Assembly: GCA_050050255.1 (NCBI GenBank)
Contig: JASFUN010000001.1
Span: 1-28,648 of the forward strand
Direction of reading: 5' to 3'
DNA length: 28,648 nucleotides
From: Anaerolineales bacterium
GTDB lineage: Bacteria > Chloroflexota > Anaerolineae > Anaerolineales > E44-bin32
Shown here: positions 1 through 9,769 of the stretch, piece by piece
Position numbering within the stretch: the first letter of the stretch is position 1
How the letters are laid out: every line of letters starts with the position of its first letter
The notes under the pieces: generated by a model
Told to the model about the DNA's origin: nothing
Databases searched by the model: none
Seen by the model: the letters and a program-made list of their open reading frames with translations, nothing else
Position numbers and translations under genes: made by a program

Positions 1-423
1 TCCAGGGATGAGATGAAATCGATCTTCAGGGCGCTAGCTAAACGGTTTCATCCCGATCTGGTAACCGATGCGAAAGTAAAGATCTGGCGGCAGGGTATCA
101 TGGCCCAGATCAATGAAGCTTACGCTGCGCAGGATATGGCCGCGTTGAGGAAATTCACCGAACGGCCGGATCGACCAGAAGAGGTGGTTGAGAAGACGCG
201 CGAACAGCGGATCGCCGACATGCACAAGGAAATCCGCCGGCTGGATCAGGTCATCCGTAATCTCGAACGCGAGTTGAAAGAGTTGATCAACTCCCACACT
301 GTCAAGTTGATGCTGGAGGTAAGCATCGCCTCACAGCAGGGCCGTGATTTGCTAAAGGAAATGGCGGATGGGATGCGCGTTGAAATTGCCCAATTGGAAG
401 CTGAACTGGGCGCGTTGAGCTGA
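1..423 (+). CDS. J-domain (HPD) protein with C-terminal coiled coil, class C JDP; 5' truncated by the window edge
   Basis: Frame is open from base 1 (SRDEMKSIFRALAKRFHPDLVT...IMAQINEAY), giving helix II, HPD and helix III of a J-domain. A heptad-rich tail follows (IADMHKEIRRLDQVIRNLERELKEL). Stop TGA at 421-423. Confidence 0.8.
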   Translation, partial: SRDEMKSIFRALAKRFHPDLVTDAKVKIWRQGIMAQINEAYAAQDMAALRKFTERPDRPEEVVEKTREQRIADMHKEIRRLDQVIRNLERELKELINSHTVKLMLEVSIASQQGRDLLKEMADGMRVEIAQLEAELGALS

Positions 424-454
424 TATTTTTTTCGGTTGAAGAGATTTAAAATGA

Positions 455-482
455 GTAGGGGCGACCGCAAGGTCGCCCCTAT
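455..482. repeat. GTAG-type REP-like palindrome / stem-loop between convergent genes
   Basis: GTAGGGGCGACC-GCAA-GGTCGCCCCTAT: perfect 11-bp stem (456-466/471-481) with a GNRA loop and a GTAG start. No U-tract on either strand, so it is not a classic intrinsic terminator. Confidence 0.6.
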
Positions 483-552
483 GGCATTTATTGACCATGT
501 GTGGCCCTGTGATTCCGTGGTTCACATGGGTAAGCTGTGGTGTTCACGCAGT

Positions 553-3255
553 TCAGGCGGTCAGCATTTGCCTCAACACGGTGTGCAGTATGCCACCGTT
601 GCGATAGTAATCGATTTCGATGGGGGTATCCAGGCGTGCCACTACGCTGAACTCGATTTTATCGCCGCCATCCTTCTCGGCAATGACGGTCAACTCCTGG
701 CCGGTTTTCAGGTCGTTGTCAAGGCCAAGGATGCTGAAGGTTTCTTCCCCGGTTAGGCCGAGCGAAGCGGCGTTCTGGCCCTCTTTGAATTGCAGCGGCA
801 GGACGCCCATACCGATCAGATTTGACCTGTGGATGCGCTCGTAGGATTCTGCAATGACCGCTTCGACCCCCAGAAGCAGGGTTCCCTTTGCAGCCCAGTC
901 ACGCGAGGACCCCGATCCATACTGTTTACCGGCGATGACGATGAGCGGGGTACCGGTCTCCTGGTACTTAACCGCTGCTTCATAAATGCTCATTTGCTCA
1001 TCGTCCGGGAGATAGCGGGTGACGCCCCCCTCGACATCCGGAACGAGCAGGTTCTTCAAGCGGATATTGCCGAAAGTGCCGCGCGTCATCACGCGGTCGT
1101 TGCCGCGGCGCGAGCCGTAAGAATTGAATTCGCGCGGTTGGACATCGTGTGCCATCAGGTATTTGCCGGCAGGGCTTTCGACGGGGATCGCTCCGGCAGG
1201 GGAGATGTGGTCGGTCGTGACCGAGTCTCCAAGCAGCACCAGGACGCGTGCTCCCTGGATCTCGTCGATGGAAGGGAGTTCGGCTGTCAGGTCCAGGAAG
1301 AAAGGTGGCTCTTGAATGTAGGTGGAATCGGGATCCCAATTGTATAGTTCACCGCCGCTGGTGGGGATCTCATTCCAGGTTTCATTACCTGTGAAGACAT
1401 CGCGGTAACGCTTCTGGAACATTTTCGGAGATATGTTCTGCTCGATGGTTTTGCGAATTTCCTTGTTCGTTGGCCAGATATCGCGCAGATAAACAGGTTC
1501 TCCCTGTTTATCGCTGCCGAGAGGTTCGTTGAGCAAATCAATGTCGACGGTACCGGCGAGCGCATATGCGACCACCAGTGGAGGGGAAGCCAGGTAATTC
1601 GCCTGAACATGTGGGTTGATGCGGCCTTCGAAGTTGCGGTTGCCGGAAAGAATGGCTGCGGATACCAGGTCTACCTCGTTGATCGCTTTGATGACCTCGC
1701 CCGGGAGCGGTCCGCTGTTCCCAATGCAGGTTGTGCAGCCATACCCTACGATGTTGAACCCGAGTTCGGCGAGCGGTTCCAACAACCCGGAATCATCCAG
1801 ATATTCCGAAACAACCTGCGAACCGGGGGCAAGGCTGGTCTTCACGTACGGCTTAACTCGCAGCCCCTTTTCTACGGCTTTTTTAGCGACCAATCCGGCT
1901 CCGATCATGACGCTCGGGTTGGAGGTGTTGGTGCATGAGGTGATAGCTGCGATTACGAGCGCGCCGTGGCTTATCGAGTCGACGGTGCCGTTTGAGCGTA
2001 CCTGTGATTGTTGGTTAGCTTCGATTTCGGTCTTGCCGAAACCACCTTCCAGTTTTGGCTTCGTCACGGCCTGACGAAAGGTTGGCTTCATCTCTGAGAG
2101 CGGAATGCGGTTGTGGGGCAGCCGCGGTCCGGCCAGGCTCGTCTCCACCGTGCTCATATCCAGTTCGAGCAGATCCGTATATTTTGGTTCTGAGGCGCTT
2201 TCGGAACGGAAGAGCCCCTGGGCTTTAGTGTATCTTTCGACGCGATCGACGAGCGCTTCAGATCGGCCGGTGAGTCGAAGGTAGTCAAGCGTGACATTAT
2301 CAACGGGGAAAAAGCCCATTGTTGCGCCATATTCAGGAGACATGTTGGCGATCGTGGCGCGGTCGGGCAGCGACATATGGTCCAGACCAGGGCCGAAGAA
2401 TTCGACGAACTTACCGACCACGCCGTGCTCCCTGAGCATTTGCGTGATGGTCAGCACGAGATCGGTTGCGGTGACGCCCTCCGATAACTGACCCAATAAT
2501 CGAAAGCCGATCACATCCGGGGCCAGCATCACGAGCGGTTGACCGAGGATAGCTGCCTCCGCCTCAATGCCGCCAACCCCCCAACCGAGGACCCCCAGGC
2601 CGTTGATCATCGTGGTGTGAGAATCGGTCCCGACAAGCGTATCCGGAAAGACGAAGGTCATTCCGTCAACCTGCCTGGTGAGCACAACCTCAGCCAGGTA
2701 TTCCAGGTTGACCTGGTGGACGATGCCCGTTGCCGGTGGCACAACGCGGAACTGCTGGAAAGCATCCTGACCCCAGCGCAAAAATTCGTATCGTTCCCGG
2801 TTGCGCTGGAACTCAATATCAGCGTTGCGTCTTAAGGCATCCGGTGAGGCGAAGAAATCGACCTGAACCGAGTGATCGATGATGAGATCGACAGGAACCT
2901 GCGGGTTGATCCTGGAAGGGTTTCCTCCCAGACGGGCTAGAGCGGAGCGCATGGCGGCGAGGTCGACAACCGCTGGCACGCCTGTGAAATCCTGCATGAT
3001 GACTCGCGCCGGTTGGAAGGGTACATCCGTGCGGTGCTCGCTGCGTGGCTGCCATGCGGCGAGGTTTTTCACATCATCAGACTTGATTTCACGCTCATTA
3101 ACCTGCCGCAGCACGGATTCCAAAAGCACACGGATGGAGTAGGGCAGACTTGAGAGCGACGTCAGTCCGGCGTCCTCCAACGACGCTAACCGGAAGTAGC
3201 TGAGTTTCCCTTCTTCCGTCTCCAAAGTTGACATTGTGTTGAACGGGTCATTCAT
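553..3255 (-). CDS. acnA: Aconitate hydratase A (AcnA/IRP family), 900 aa
   Basis: Motifs [65 protein letters not shown] (three Fe-S cysteines), [21 protein letters not shown] and [13 protein letters not shown]. Confidence 0.98.
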   Translation of the reverse strand: MNDPFNTMSTLETEEGKLSYFRLASLEDAGLTSLSSLPYSIRVLLESVLRQVNEREIKSDDVKNLAAWQPRSEHRTDVPFQPARVIMQDFTGVPAVVDLAAMRSALARLGGNPSRINPQVPVDLIIDHSVQVDFFASPDALRRNADIEFQRNRERYEFLRWGQDAFQQFRVVPPATGIVHQVNLEYLAEVVLTRQVDGMTFVFPDTLVGTDSHTTMINGLGVLGWGVGGIEAEAAILGQPLVMLAPDVIGFRLLGQLSEGVTATDLVLTITQMLREHGVVGKFVEFFGPGLDHMSLPDRATIANMSPEYGATMGFFPVDNVTLDYLRLTGRSEALVDRVERYTKAQGLFRSESASEPKYTDLLELDMSTVETSLAGPRLPHNRIPLSEMKPTFRQAVTKPKLEGGFGKTEIEANQQSQVRSNGTVDSISHGALVIAAITSCTNTSNPSVMIGAGLVAKKAVEKGLRVKPYVKTSLAPGSQVVSEYLDDSGLLEPLAELGFNIVGYGCTTCIGNSGPLPGEVIKAINEVDLVSAAILSGNRNFEGRINPHVQANYLASPPLVVAYALAGTVDIDLLNEPLGSDKQGEPVYLRDIWPTNKEIRKTIEQNISPKMFQKRYRDVFTGNETWNEIPTSGGELYNWDPDSTYIQEPPFFLDLTAELPSIDEIQGARVLVLLGDSVTTDHISPAGAIPVESPAGKYLMAHDVQPREFNSYGSRRGNDRVMTRGTFGNIRLKNLLVPDVEGGVTRYLPDDEQMSIYEAAVKYQETGTPLIVIAGKQYGSGSSRDWAAKGTLLLGVEAVIAESYERIHRSNLIGMGVLPLQFKEGQNAASLGLTGEETFSILGLDNDLKTGQELTVIAEKDGGDKIEFSVVARLDTPIEIDYYRNGGILHTVLRQMLTA

Positions 3256-3305
3256 TGAAGTGGCTTCCCTTCAAGTGTTGACGATCTGGTTGCACCTTAT
3301 AGGAG

Positions 3306-3313
3306 AGTATAAT
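3306..3313. promoter_or_regulatory. Overlapping divergent -10-like hexamers (TATAAT on +, TATACT on -)
   Basis: AGTATAAT lies in the acnA/kinase intergenic region. No well-spaced -35 was found on either strand. Confidence 0.3.
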
Positions 3314-3588
3314 CGAAGGATTAAAAGTTTTGTCGTCGTCTCATTCATGCCCTACTGCCCTTAGCCATTAAACATGTGCATGGGCGGACGAATTTCCCAA
3401 TAGACCCGCTCGAATGAAGGTGTAAACTGTTTAGAGGCGATCTGCCTTATGAAGCTTTCACCCCGGGAGCGAGGTGACCACTTCGTCCGGGGCATGAGCT
3501 GGGTACAGATCGGGGCTGCATGATCGATTGCGACTGCCGATCATTGATTCGAAGATGCATTCAGGTTCACAGAGCGGAAAACTAGAGT

Positions 3589-6393
3589 ATGCAAGCCGAG
3601 CAGACCAGTTCCAAGGATGTCAACCAGGCTCCCAACTCAGATTTGTATGAGTTGAATAGGCTGACTCGGGGGATTCTTTACGCTCCAGATATCGAAAGCC
3701 TTTTAAGGGAAGCCACACGCCATCTCATACGTTATGCGCAGGCCAGTGGTGGCTATGCTTGCGTGTGGGATGATGCCCTGCAAGCAGTAAGTTTGGTTTA
3801 TGAATCCAACCAACCACCCACGCTGTTCCCAATTTGGGAGGGCAGCAGTCCGGGGAGCGGGATCAGTCAACGAGCACTCGAAGGTGGAAGGGCGCTGACG
3901 CTGGATCTTGGAGCGTTGGACCCTGCCCTGATTATCGAAATATCCCCCGGGCTCCGATATGAAGGGGCGATTGCACTACCCTTGAGCGTTGGTGAGAGTT
4001 GGTTGGGGTGTATCGTTTTAGGAGTCCCCGAAGCGAACGAGTTCTCAATTACGGATAGGCTGTTCTACGATCAGGTCGTCAACCTGGTGTCGCTCGCTTT
4101 TTCGAAGCTGCAAGCGCTGGCGGGCGAACGCAAGCGCAGCAGTGAACTTGAGGGTCTCCACAAAGCAAGCCTGGGATTTACATCGAACCTTGATTTAGAG
4201 ACCGTTCTGGATGCGATTCTGGAAAGCACGCTCGACATGATCGAGGCAGACGACGCTCATATTTTTCTCTATGAAGACGGCGATCTGACCTTTGGGGCTG
4301 CCCGCAGGGTTGACGGACGCACGATCGGCCCCTACTCTACGCCGCGGGAGCACGGGCTGACCAGCGCGGTGGCTCGCAGCGGTGAAGCGATAGCAATACC
4401 CAACGTAGATGAGCACCCGCTCTTCACCGATTGGAAGTGGGGAGGTTCGATTGTAGGTTTGCCGTTAAAAGCAAGCGATCGCGTGGTTGGTGTGATGAAC
4501 ATCGCGCTGATGCAGCCGCATGAGTTCGATGAGGCTGAACTGCGGGGCTTACAACTCCTGGCGGATCAGGCCGCGATCATGGTCCAGAACGCGCGCTTAT
4601 TCGAACGCGTGGTGCGGGAACGACGCAACCTCGAACTTGTCTACGAGATCGCGCAGGACCTGGCCAACAGTCTCAACCAGGACGAGATCCTCGAACGGGC
4701 GTTGGCCTCCACGGTAAAACATCTGAAAGCCCATTCAGGTGAGATCTTCCTTTTCGATGAACATTCAGGCAAGCTTCATCTAAGAGCCTCCTCCCGACGG
4801 GATGGGTTGAAACTGTTGGAGATAGATGAACCCTATAAGCTGACCCTGGGCCATGGCTTGATGGGCTGGGTCGCACAGCACCGCCAATCCGCGTTTGTTC
4901 CAGACGTGAGCCTGGATGAGCGCTGGGTGATCTTCGAAGGCATAGATGAAGCCGTGTCCACTGCAGTGGCAACCCCGCTCATTTCAGGCAGCACCCTGAT
5001 CGGGGTCTTGGGGGTTTTCCAGACCGAAGTGGGTGAGTTTACCGAAGACCACCTGCATCTGTTGGATGCGATCGCCCGCCAGTTGAGCCTGGCAATCTCG
5101 AACGCAAGGCGCTACGAAGCGCTTGAGCGCAGAGTCGCGGAGCTCTCTGTCGTGCGTGAGGTCGTCCAGGTCGTCAATCAGCGCCTTGAAATGAGGAGCT
5201 TGCTGGAAGAGATCGTTCACCAGGTTGGTGAGGTCGTCGGCTATCCGATTGTAGAAGTATATCTGGTCGACGGATCGGAGCTCGTTCTCGGCGCGACCTA
5301 TGGTGGTCCCACTGATACGGCGACCCGCTACACACTGGCAGAAGGGGTGCTGGGACGCGTGGTTCGCACGGGCGAAGCGGCGTACTTGCCTGATGTCCAA
5401 GACGATCCTGATTACGTGGAAGGATGGGAGAATACGCTTTCTGAAATTGCAGTTCCATTACGTAAGGAAGACATGGTGATCGGGGTTCTCAACGTCGAAT
5501 CACCGGCAATTCGGGGGTTAAATGAGGAGGACGTTCGCCTGCTCAACGTCCTCGCAGACCAGATCTCAATCGCCATCGAAAATGCGGCGCTCTATGACCG
5601 GCTGCGCGAGCACGCTGATGCACTCGAATTAATGGTAGCTGATCGGACCGCCGAGTTGGCGGAGGCGCTCAACAAAGCTCAAGCGGCGGATAAGTTGAAG
5701 ACAGACTTTGTTTCCGACGTCTCACACGAGCTGCGCACTCCCTTGAGCAACATCCGTCTGTACCTCGATTTGCTTCGGCGAGGTCCTGAAGATCGTATTG
5801 AGAAATATTTGCAGACGCTTGACCGCGAGACGAACCGCCTGGTTGCATTGATAGAGGACCTGCTGGCCATCTCAAGCCTGGACGCGGGGACATCCATGCC
5901 GGATGCCAGGGCACTCGACTTGAACAAACTCGCACAAGCGCTCGCGGAAGACCGTAAACGTTTGTATTCCGACCGGGACCTTCAGCTTTCGCTGAATCTG
6001 GCTGCCGTCTTGCCCACCGTGCAGGCTGACGAAAAGATGATCTCACAGGTCGTGGCCAACTTGATGACCAACGCGCTAAATTACACGCCGCAGGGAGGGC
6101 ACGTGGTGCTGTACACCGAGCTAGTTGAAAATGAAGAAGGGACCTGGGCGACACTATCTGTGTGTGACGACGGCCTGGGGATCCCCGGCTCCGAGCTCGA
6201 CCGCATCTTTGACCGCTTCTTCCGCGGCAGTATCTCGCGCCGGACCGGCACTCCAGGTACCGGCCTGGGGCTGTCGATCTGCAAGGAAATCATCGAGAGG
6301 CATCAAGGTCACATCAGCGTGGAAAGCAAACCGGGCGAGGGGAGCACATTTACAATCTGGCTGCCCTACACCCGGTTGGTTGAGTGGGAATAG
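3589..6393 (+). CDS. Cytoplasmic multi-GAF (about 4 GAF) sensor histidine kinase, 934 aa
   Basis: Repeated GAF signatures (LPLKASDRVVGVMNI, TPLISGSTLIGVLGV, VPLRKEDMVIGVLNV, each followed by L..LA.Q..IAI.NA). H-box VSHELRTPLSNI, N-box VVANLMTNALNYT, G1 DDGLGI, G2 GTGLGLSI. No TM segment and no receiver domain. Confidence 0.95.
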   Translation: MQAEQTSSKDVNQAPNSDLYELNRLTRGILYAPDIESLLREATRHLIRYAQASGGYACVWDDALQAVSLVYESNQPPTLFPIWEGSSPGSGISQRALEGGRALTLDLGALDPALIIEISPGLRYEGAIALPLSVGESWLGCIVLGVPEANEFSITDRLFYDQVVNLVSLAFSKLQALAGERKRSSELEGLHKASLGFTSNLDLETVLDAILESTLDMIEADDAHIFLYEDGDLTFGAARRVDGRTIGPYSTPREHGLTSAVARSGEAIAIPNVDEHPLFTDWKWGGSIVGLPLKASDRVVGVMNIALMQPHEFDEAELRGLQLLADQAAIMVQNARLFERVVRERRNLELVYEIAQDLANSLNQDEILERALASTVKHLKAHSGEIFLFDEHSGKLHLRASSRRDGLKLLEIDEPYKLTLGHGLMGWVAQHRQSAFVPDVSLDERWVIFEGIDEAVSTAVATPLISGSTLIGVLGVFQTEVGEFTEDHLHLLDAIARQLSLAISNARRYEALERRVAELSVVREVVQVVNQRLEMRSLLEEIVHQVGEVVGYPIVEVYLVDGSELVLGATYGGPTDTATRYTLAEGVLGRVVRTGEAAYLPDVQDDPDYVEGWENTLSEIAVPLRKEDMVIGVLNVESPAIRGLNEEDVRLLNVLADQISIAIENAALYDRLREHADALELMVADRTAELAEALNKAQAADKLKTDFVSDVSHELRTPLSNIRLYLDLLRRGPEDRIEKYLQTLDRETNRLVALIEDLLAISSLDAGTSMPDARALDLNKLAQALAEDRKRLYSDRDLQLSLNLAAVLPTVQADEKMISQVVANLMTNALNYTPQGGHVVLYTELVENEEGTWATLSVCDDGLGIPGSELDRIFDRFFRGSISRRTGTPGTGLGLSICKEIIERHQGHISVESKPGEGSTFTIWLPYTRLVEWE

Positions 6394-6406
6394 CGATTTA
6401 CGTGGT

Positions 6407-7480
6407 TTACCCAAGGCCCAGGGCAGCGTAAATCTCCCCGAGCTCTGTGTTCTCTTTCAGTAGTTTCAAGAATGTGTCCAGTTTCTCGGGCTGCCCGAGC
6501 CGCGTCTTGCCGTGCGCCTCTTCGATCTGGTTGACGGTCTCCATAGTATTGTCGTTCACCAACAGGATCGGCACGCCCAACTGCTCGGCTTGCTTGATGA
6601 TCAAAGGGCTGGGATGCAGGTTGCCGGTGAGGATCAGCACGACGGTTGACGTCTCGAGTGCAGCCAGTTGAATGTCTGTACGGTCACCACCCGTGATGAC
6701 CGCTTTGTTTTGATAGCGCCGGAACCGGGAGAGCGCGGCTTCTGCGGTCATCGCGCCCACGGTGAGCGATTCGGCCAGCGCCTCCGGGTTCAAGTTTTCG
6801 GTAAGCACTTCGGCCTCAAGCAGTTCGACGAGTTCGCCAACGCTCAACGCCGAGAGCCGTGGGACGCTGGGCAGCGCGCCCAGGACTGTGATGCCCTTAG
6901 CCTCCAGGAACGGAACTGCGTATTCGCTCAAGAAATCACGGCCCTCATCAGGCACCATGTTGAGGATGACCCCCAGCAGTTGTTCGCCAAGGCGGAAGCG
7001 CGCCGTCAGCACGTCGTCGACCAACCGCATTTCGCCACGATAAGGGACGATAACAAGGGCGGGCGCGCCAAGCACCTGGGCGACATGCAGGTTGGATAAC
7101 CCCATCGCATAGCCCTCCCTCAAGCTGCCGCCACCTTCGAGCAGCAGCAGATCCTTACCTTCGCTGATCTTTTCAGCGCGCGCCTCAATCTTCTTGATCA
7201 AATCCTCTCCATCCAGCCCCTTTAACCGATTGCGGAGCGTGGATGGCGTCACGATGATCGGTGACACATCAATTGGATCACCTTCCAAGGAAAGCGATTT
7301 ATGCACAAAGACGGCATCCTCATCGGCGAGTTTACCCTCTGGTGTGCGCCAGGGCTGCGTGCTGACCGGTTTGAGATAGCCGATCTTATAGCCATCCTCT
7401 TGCAGGATGTTGCCAAGGGCGAGGCAAACAGCAGTCTTCCCTGAGTAGGGTTCGACCGAGGTTATGTAGAGTGATTTCAT
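6407..7480 (-). CDS. Phosphotransacetylase N-terminal-like protein (BioD-like P-loop + DRTGG), lacking the Pta catalytic domain, 357 aa
   Basis: ITSVEPYSGKTAVCLALG P-loop, GYLKPV, LLLEGGG and VITGGDRTDIQLAALE...LILTG. The protein ends with no PTA_PTB domain. Start overlaps the upstream stop (ATGA at 7480-7477). Confidence 0.9.
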   Translation of the reverse strand: MKSLYITSVEPYSGKTAVCLALGNILQEDGYKIGYLKPVSTQPWRTPEGKLADEDAVFVHKSLSLEGDPIDVSPIIVTPSTLRNRLKGLDGEDLIKKIEARAEKISEGKDLLLLEGGGSLREGYAMGLSNLHVAQVLGAPALVIVPYRGEMRLVDDVLTARFRLGEQLLGVILNMVPDEGRDFLSEYAVPFLEAKGITVLGALPSVPRLSALSVGELVELLEAEVLTENLNPEALAESLTVGAMTAEAALSRFRRYQNKAVITGGDRTDIQLAALETSTVVLILTGNLHPSPLIIKQAEQLGVPILLVNDNTMETVNQIEEAHGKTRLGQPEKLDTFLKLLKENTELGEIYAALGLG

Positions 7481-9633
7481 TTGCTACTCCCTGATTGTGT
7501 TACTTCAGATTTGTCATTTGAACTATCACCTGATTTGAGGATGATGCGCATGTCAATGGCGATGCCCCCCTGGCCTTGCGCGTAAACGATGAATGGGTTG
7601 ATATCCAGCTCGGCGATCCTGGGGAAATCAAGCACAAGTTGGCCGATGCGCATGAGCGCGTCGACCAGAGTATCCTGATCGACAGGAGGCTCACCGCGCA
7701 CGCCGTCCAAAAGCGCGCTGGCCCGGATTTCTTTAATCATTTCGTTGGCTTCTTTCCTGGAGAACGGCGCCACACGGAAGGATACATCCTTCAGAGTTTC
7801 AACATAGATCCCGCCGAGACCGAACGTGACCAGGGGGCCGAACTGCGGGTCGCGGTTCATACCGATCAGGACCTCAAGGCCCTGCGGGACCATTTTTTGA
7901 ACCAGACAACCCCAGATGCGCGCTTCTGGCAGGTAGCGTTGGGCTCGGTAGGTGATCAGGTCGTATGCATCACGCACGTCGGTGGCGTTCTCCAGGCCGA
8001 CCTTTACTCCGCCGACATCTGTTTTGTGAAGGATATCCGGAGAAGCGATTTTCAGGACGACAGGATAGCCCATTTCATTGGCGAACTCCACCGCTTCATC
8101 GGCGCTTTCGGCCAACTGTGAAGCGGGGATATCCAGACCGTACGCGGTTAGGATTGAGCGCGCTTCTGCGTCGCCGATGGACACCCGTCCATCGGACAAG
8201 ACATCATCGATGATCTGCGCGACAGCTTGCTTATCGACATCAAAATGTTCGTACTCCGGAAGGGGTCTCTCCTGATTTTTCCTGTAGCGACTCATGCCCT
8301 CTAAAACCATCGCTGCACGCTCGGGAAATCCGAAGTTGGGAACGTTGTGCTTTTCAAGTATCTTCGTACCCGCTTCCACGCGCGCCTCACCCATGAAGCA
8401 GGCCAGGACGGGGAGTTCAACCTGGCTGGCGATGTCAGCGATCACCTCAGCGGTCTCAACAATTTCGGTCATAGCCTGTGGGGTCAATATGACGAGCACG
8501 CCGTCCACATGAGAGTCTTTCACAACTTCTTCCAGTGCAAAACGATAGCGGTCTGCACGCGCATCGCCGAGCACGTCGACCGGGTTGGCTGCGCTGGCTG
8601 CATCGGGTAGGAATTCTTCCAACGCCCGTATGATCTTCGGATCGAAACGCGCTAGCTGTAGCCCGGAGCGCTCGATCGCATCCGTCGCGAGGATGCCGGG
8701 CCCTCCGGCGTTTGTTACGATCGCGATCCGATCGCCGTGCAGCGGAGGTAAATATCCGAAGGCAATTGCGTAATCGAAAAGGTCCTGCAGAGAATGTGCG
8801 CGGATCACGCCGGATTGTTGGAAAGCGGCGTGATAGGCTTGCTCCGAGCCGGCCAGGGAGCCGGTGTGTGAACTGACGGCCCGCGAACCTGCCTGCGTCA
8901 CGCCGGATTTTAACGCCACGATTGGTTTTTGTTTGGTGACCCGACGGGCGACTCGGATGAATTCCTGCCCATCTGACAGACCCTCAATGTAGCACAGCAG
9001 CACCTTCGATGTGTCATCTTCCATCCAAAGCCTGAGCAAATCGATCTCATCGACGTCGGCCTTGTTGCCAAGCGAGACAAATTTACTCAACCCCAGTCGA
9101 CCCGCCTGCGCCCAATCGAGAATGGCTGTACCCAGCGCACCGGATTGGGACATGAAACCCATCGGGCCTTGTGGCGGCATATCGGCGGAGAAACTGGCGT
9201 TCATAGGGGTGAAAGTATCGATGACCCCCAGGCAGTTTGGACCGATCAAGCGGATGTCGTACTCTCTGGCGATTTCGATGAGCTCGCGCTCACGCTCGAG
9301 ACCTTCCATTCCCGCTTCTCGAAAACCCGCGCTGATCACGATCACAGCCGGGATGCCCTTCTCGCCACACGTCCGCAGCGCATTGGGCACGTATGGGTAC
9401 GGGATTACGATCACGGCCAGGTCGATCGGCTCTTCGACATCCGTGACGGATGAATAGGCTTTCAGTCCGAGGATTGAATCAGCGCCAGGGTTGATCGGGT
9501 AGACTTTACGGCTTCCGTCAAAATAACCACCGTTTACGAGGTTGTCGAGCACAGCGTGCCCGAGTTTTTCCTCATTTGTTGACGCGCCGATCACGGCGAT
9601 GGCTCTGGGTTCGAAGAATGCTTCAAGCGACAC
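7477..9633 (-). CDS. ADP-forming acetate/acyl-CoA ligase, fused alpha-beta subunits, about 718 aa
   Basis: IAVIGAS...VYPINP CoA-binding domain, RLIGPNCLG, SQSGALG, VSLGNKADV, AVSSHTGSLAG (phospho-His) and ATP-grasp with ILHKTDVGGV and ELDINP. No GNAT domain, so not a Pat acetylase. Start moved from 9699 to GTG 9633, which has an upstream GGAG. Confidence 0.92.
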   Translation of the reverse strand: MSLEAFFEPRAIAVIGASTNEEKLGHAVLDNLVNGGYFDGSRKVYPINPGADSILGLKAYSSVTDVEEPIDLAVIVIPYPYVPNALRTCGEKGIPAVIVISAGFREAGMEGLERERELIEIAREYDIRLIGPNCLGVIDTFTPMNASFSADMPPQGPMGFMSQSGALGTAILDWAQAGRLGLSKFVSLGNKADVDEIDLLRLWMEDDTSKVLLCYIEGLSDGQEFIRVARRVTKQKPIVALKSGVTQAGSRAVSSHTGSLAGSEQAYHAAFQQSGVIRAHSLQDLFDYAIAFGYLPPLHGDRIAIVTNAGGPGILATDAIERSGLQLARFDPKIIRALEEFLPDAASAANPVDVLGDARADRYRFALEEVVKDSHVDGVLVILTPQAMTEIVETAEVIADIASQVELPVLACFMGEARVEAGTKILEKHNVPNFGFPERAAMVLEGMSRYRKNQERPLPEYEHFDVDKQAVAQIIDDVLSDGRVSIGDAEARSILTAYGLDIPASQLAESADEAVEFANEMGYPVVLKIASPDILHKTDVGGVKVGLENATDVRDAYDLITYRAQRYLPEARIWGCLVQKMVPQGLEVLIGMNRDPQFGPLVTFGLGGIYVETLKDVSFRVAPFSRKEANEMIKEIRASALLDGVRGEPPVDQDTLVDALMRIGQLVLDFPRIAELDINPFIVYAQGQGGIAIDMRIILKSGDSSNDKSEVTQSGSSK

Positions 9634-9769
9634 TATTAAATCTCCAGGTTGGGCAATTTCCGTAGTGTAACGTCTCTGTGCAGCCAGGCACAGGGACAAG
9701 GCTCATAAGATTGGCAGGAAGATATCGTATCTGCACAGGTGATCTTATTGTAATAGAGTGGGTTTCCAT

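Noticed and set aside
436-3142. Many + strand ORFs of 60-170 aa opposite acnA (e.g. 436..756, 829..1347, 1616..2074)
   Set aside because: They are antisense shadows of a GC-rich, codon-biased gene, with no motifs or RBS.
3589-5600. Possible bilin-binding (phytochrome/cyanobacteriochrome) GAF domains
   Set aside because: No DIP or DxCF motifs and no appropriately placed CH chromophore site.
7477-9633. Possible protein lysine acetyltransferase (Pat/YfiQ) identity
   Set aside because: There is no GNAT domain and both catalytic histidines are retained, which fits an active ADP-forming ligase.
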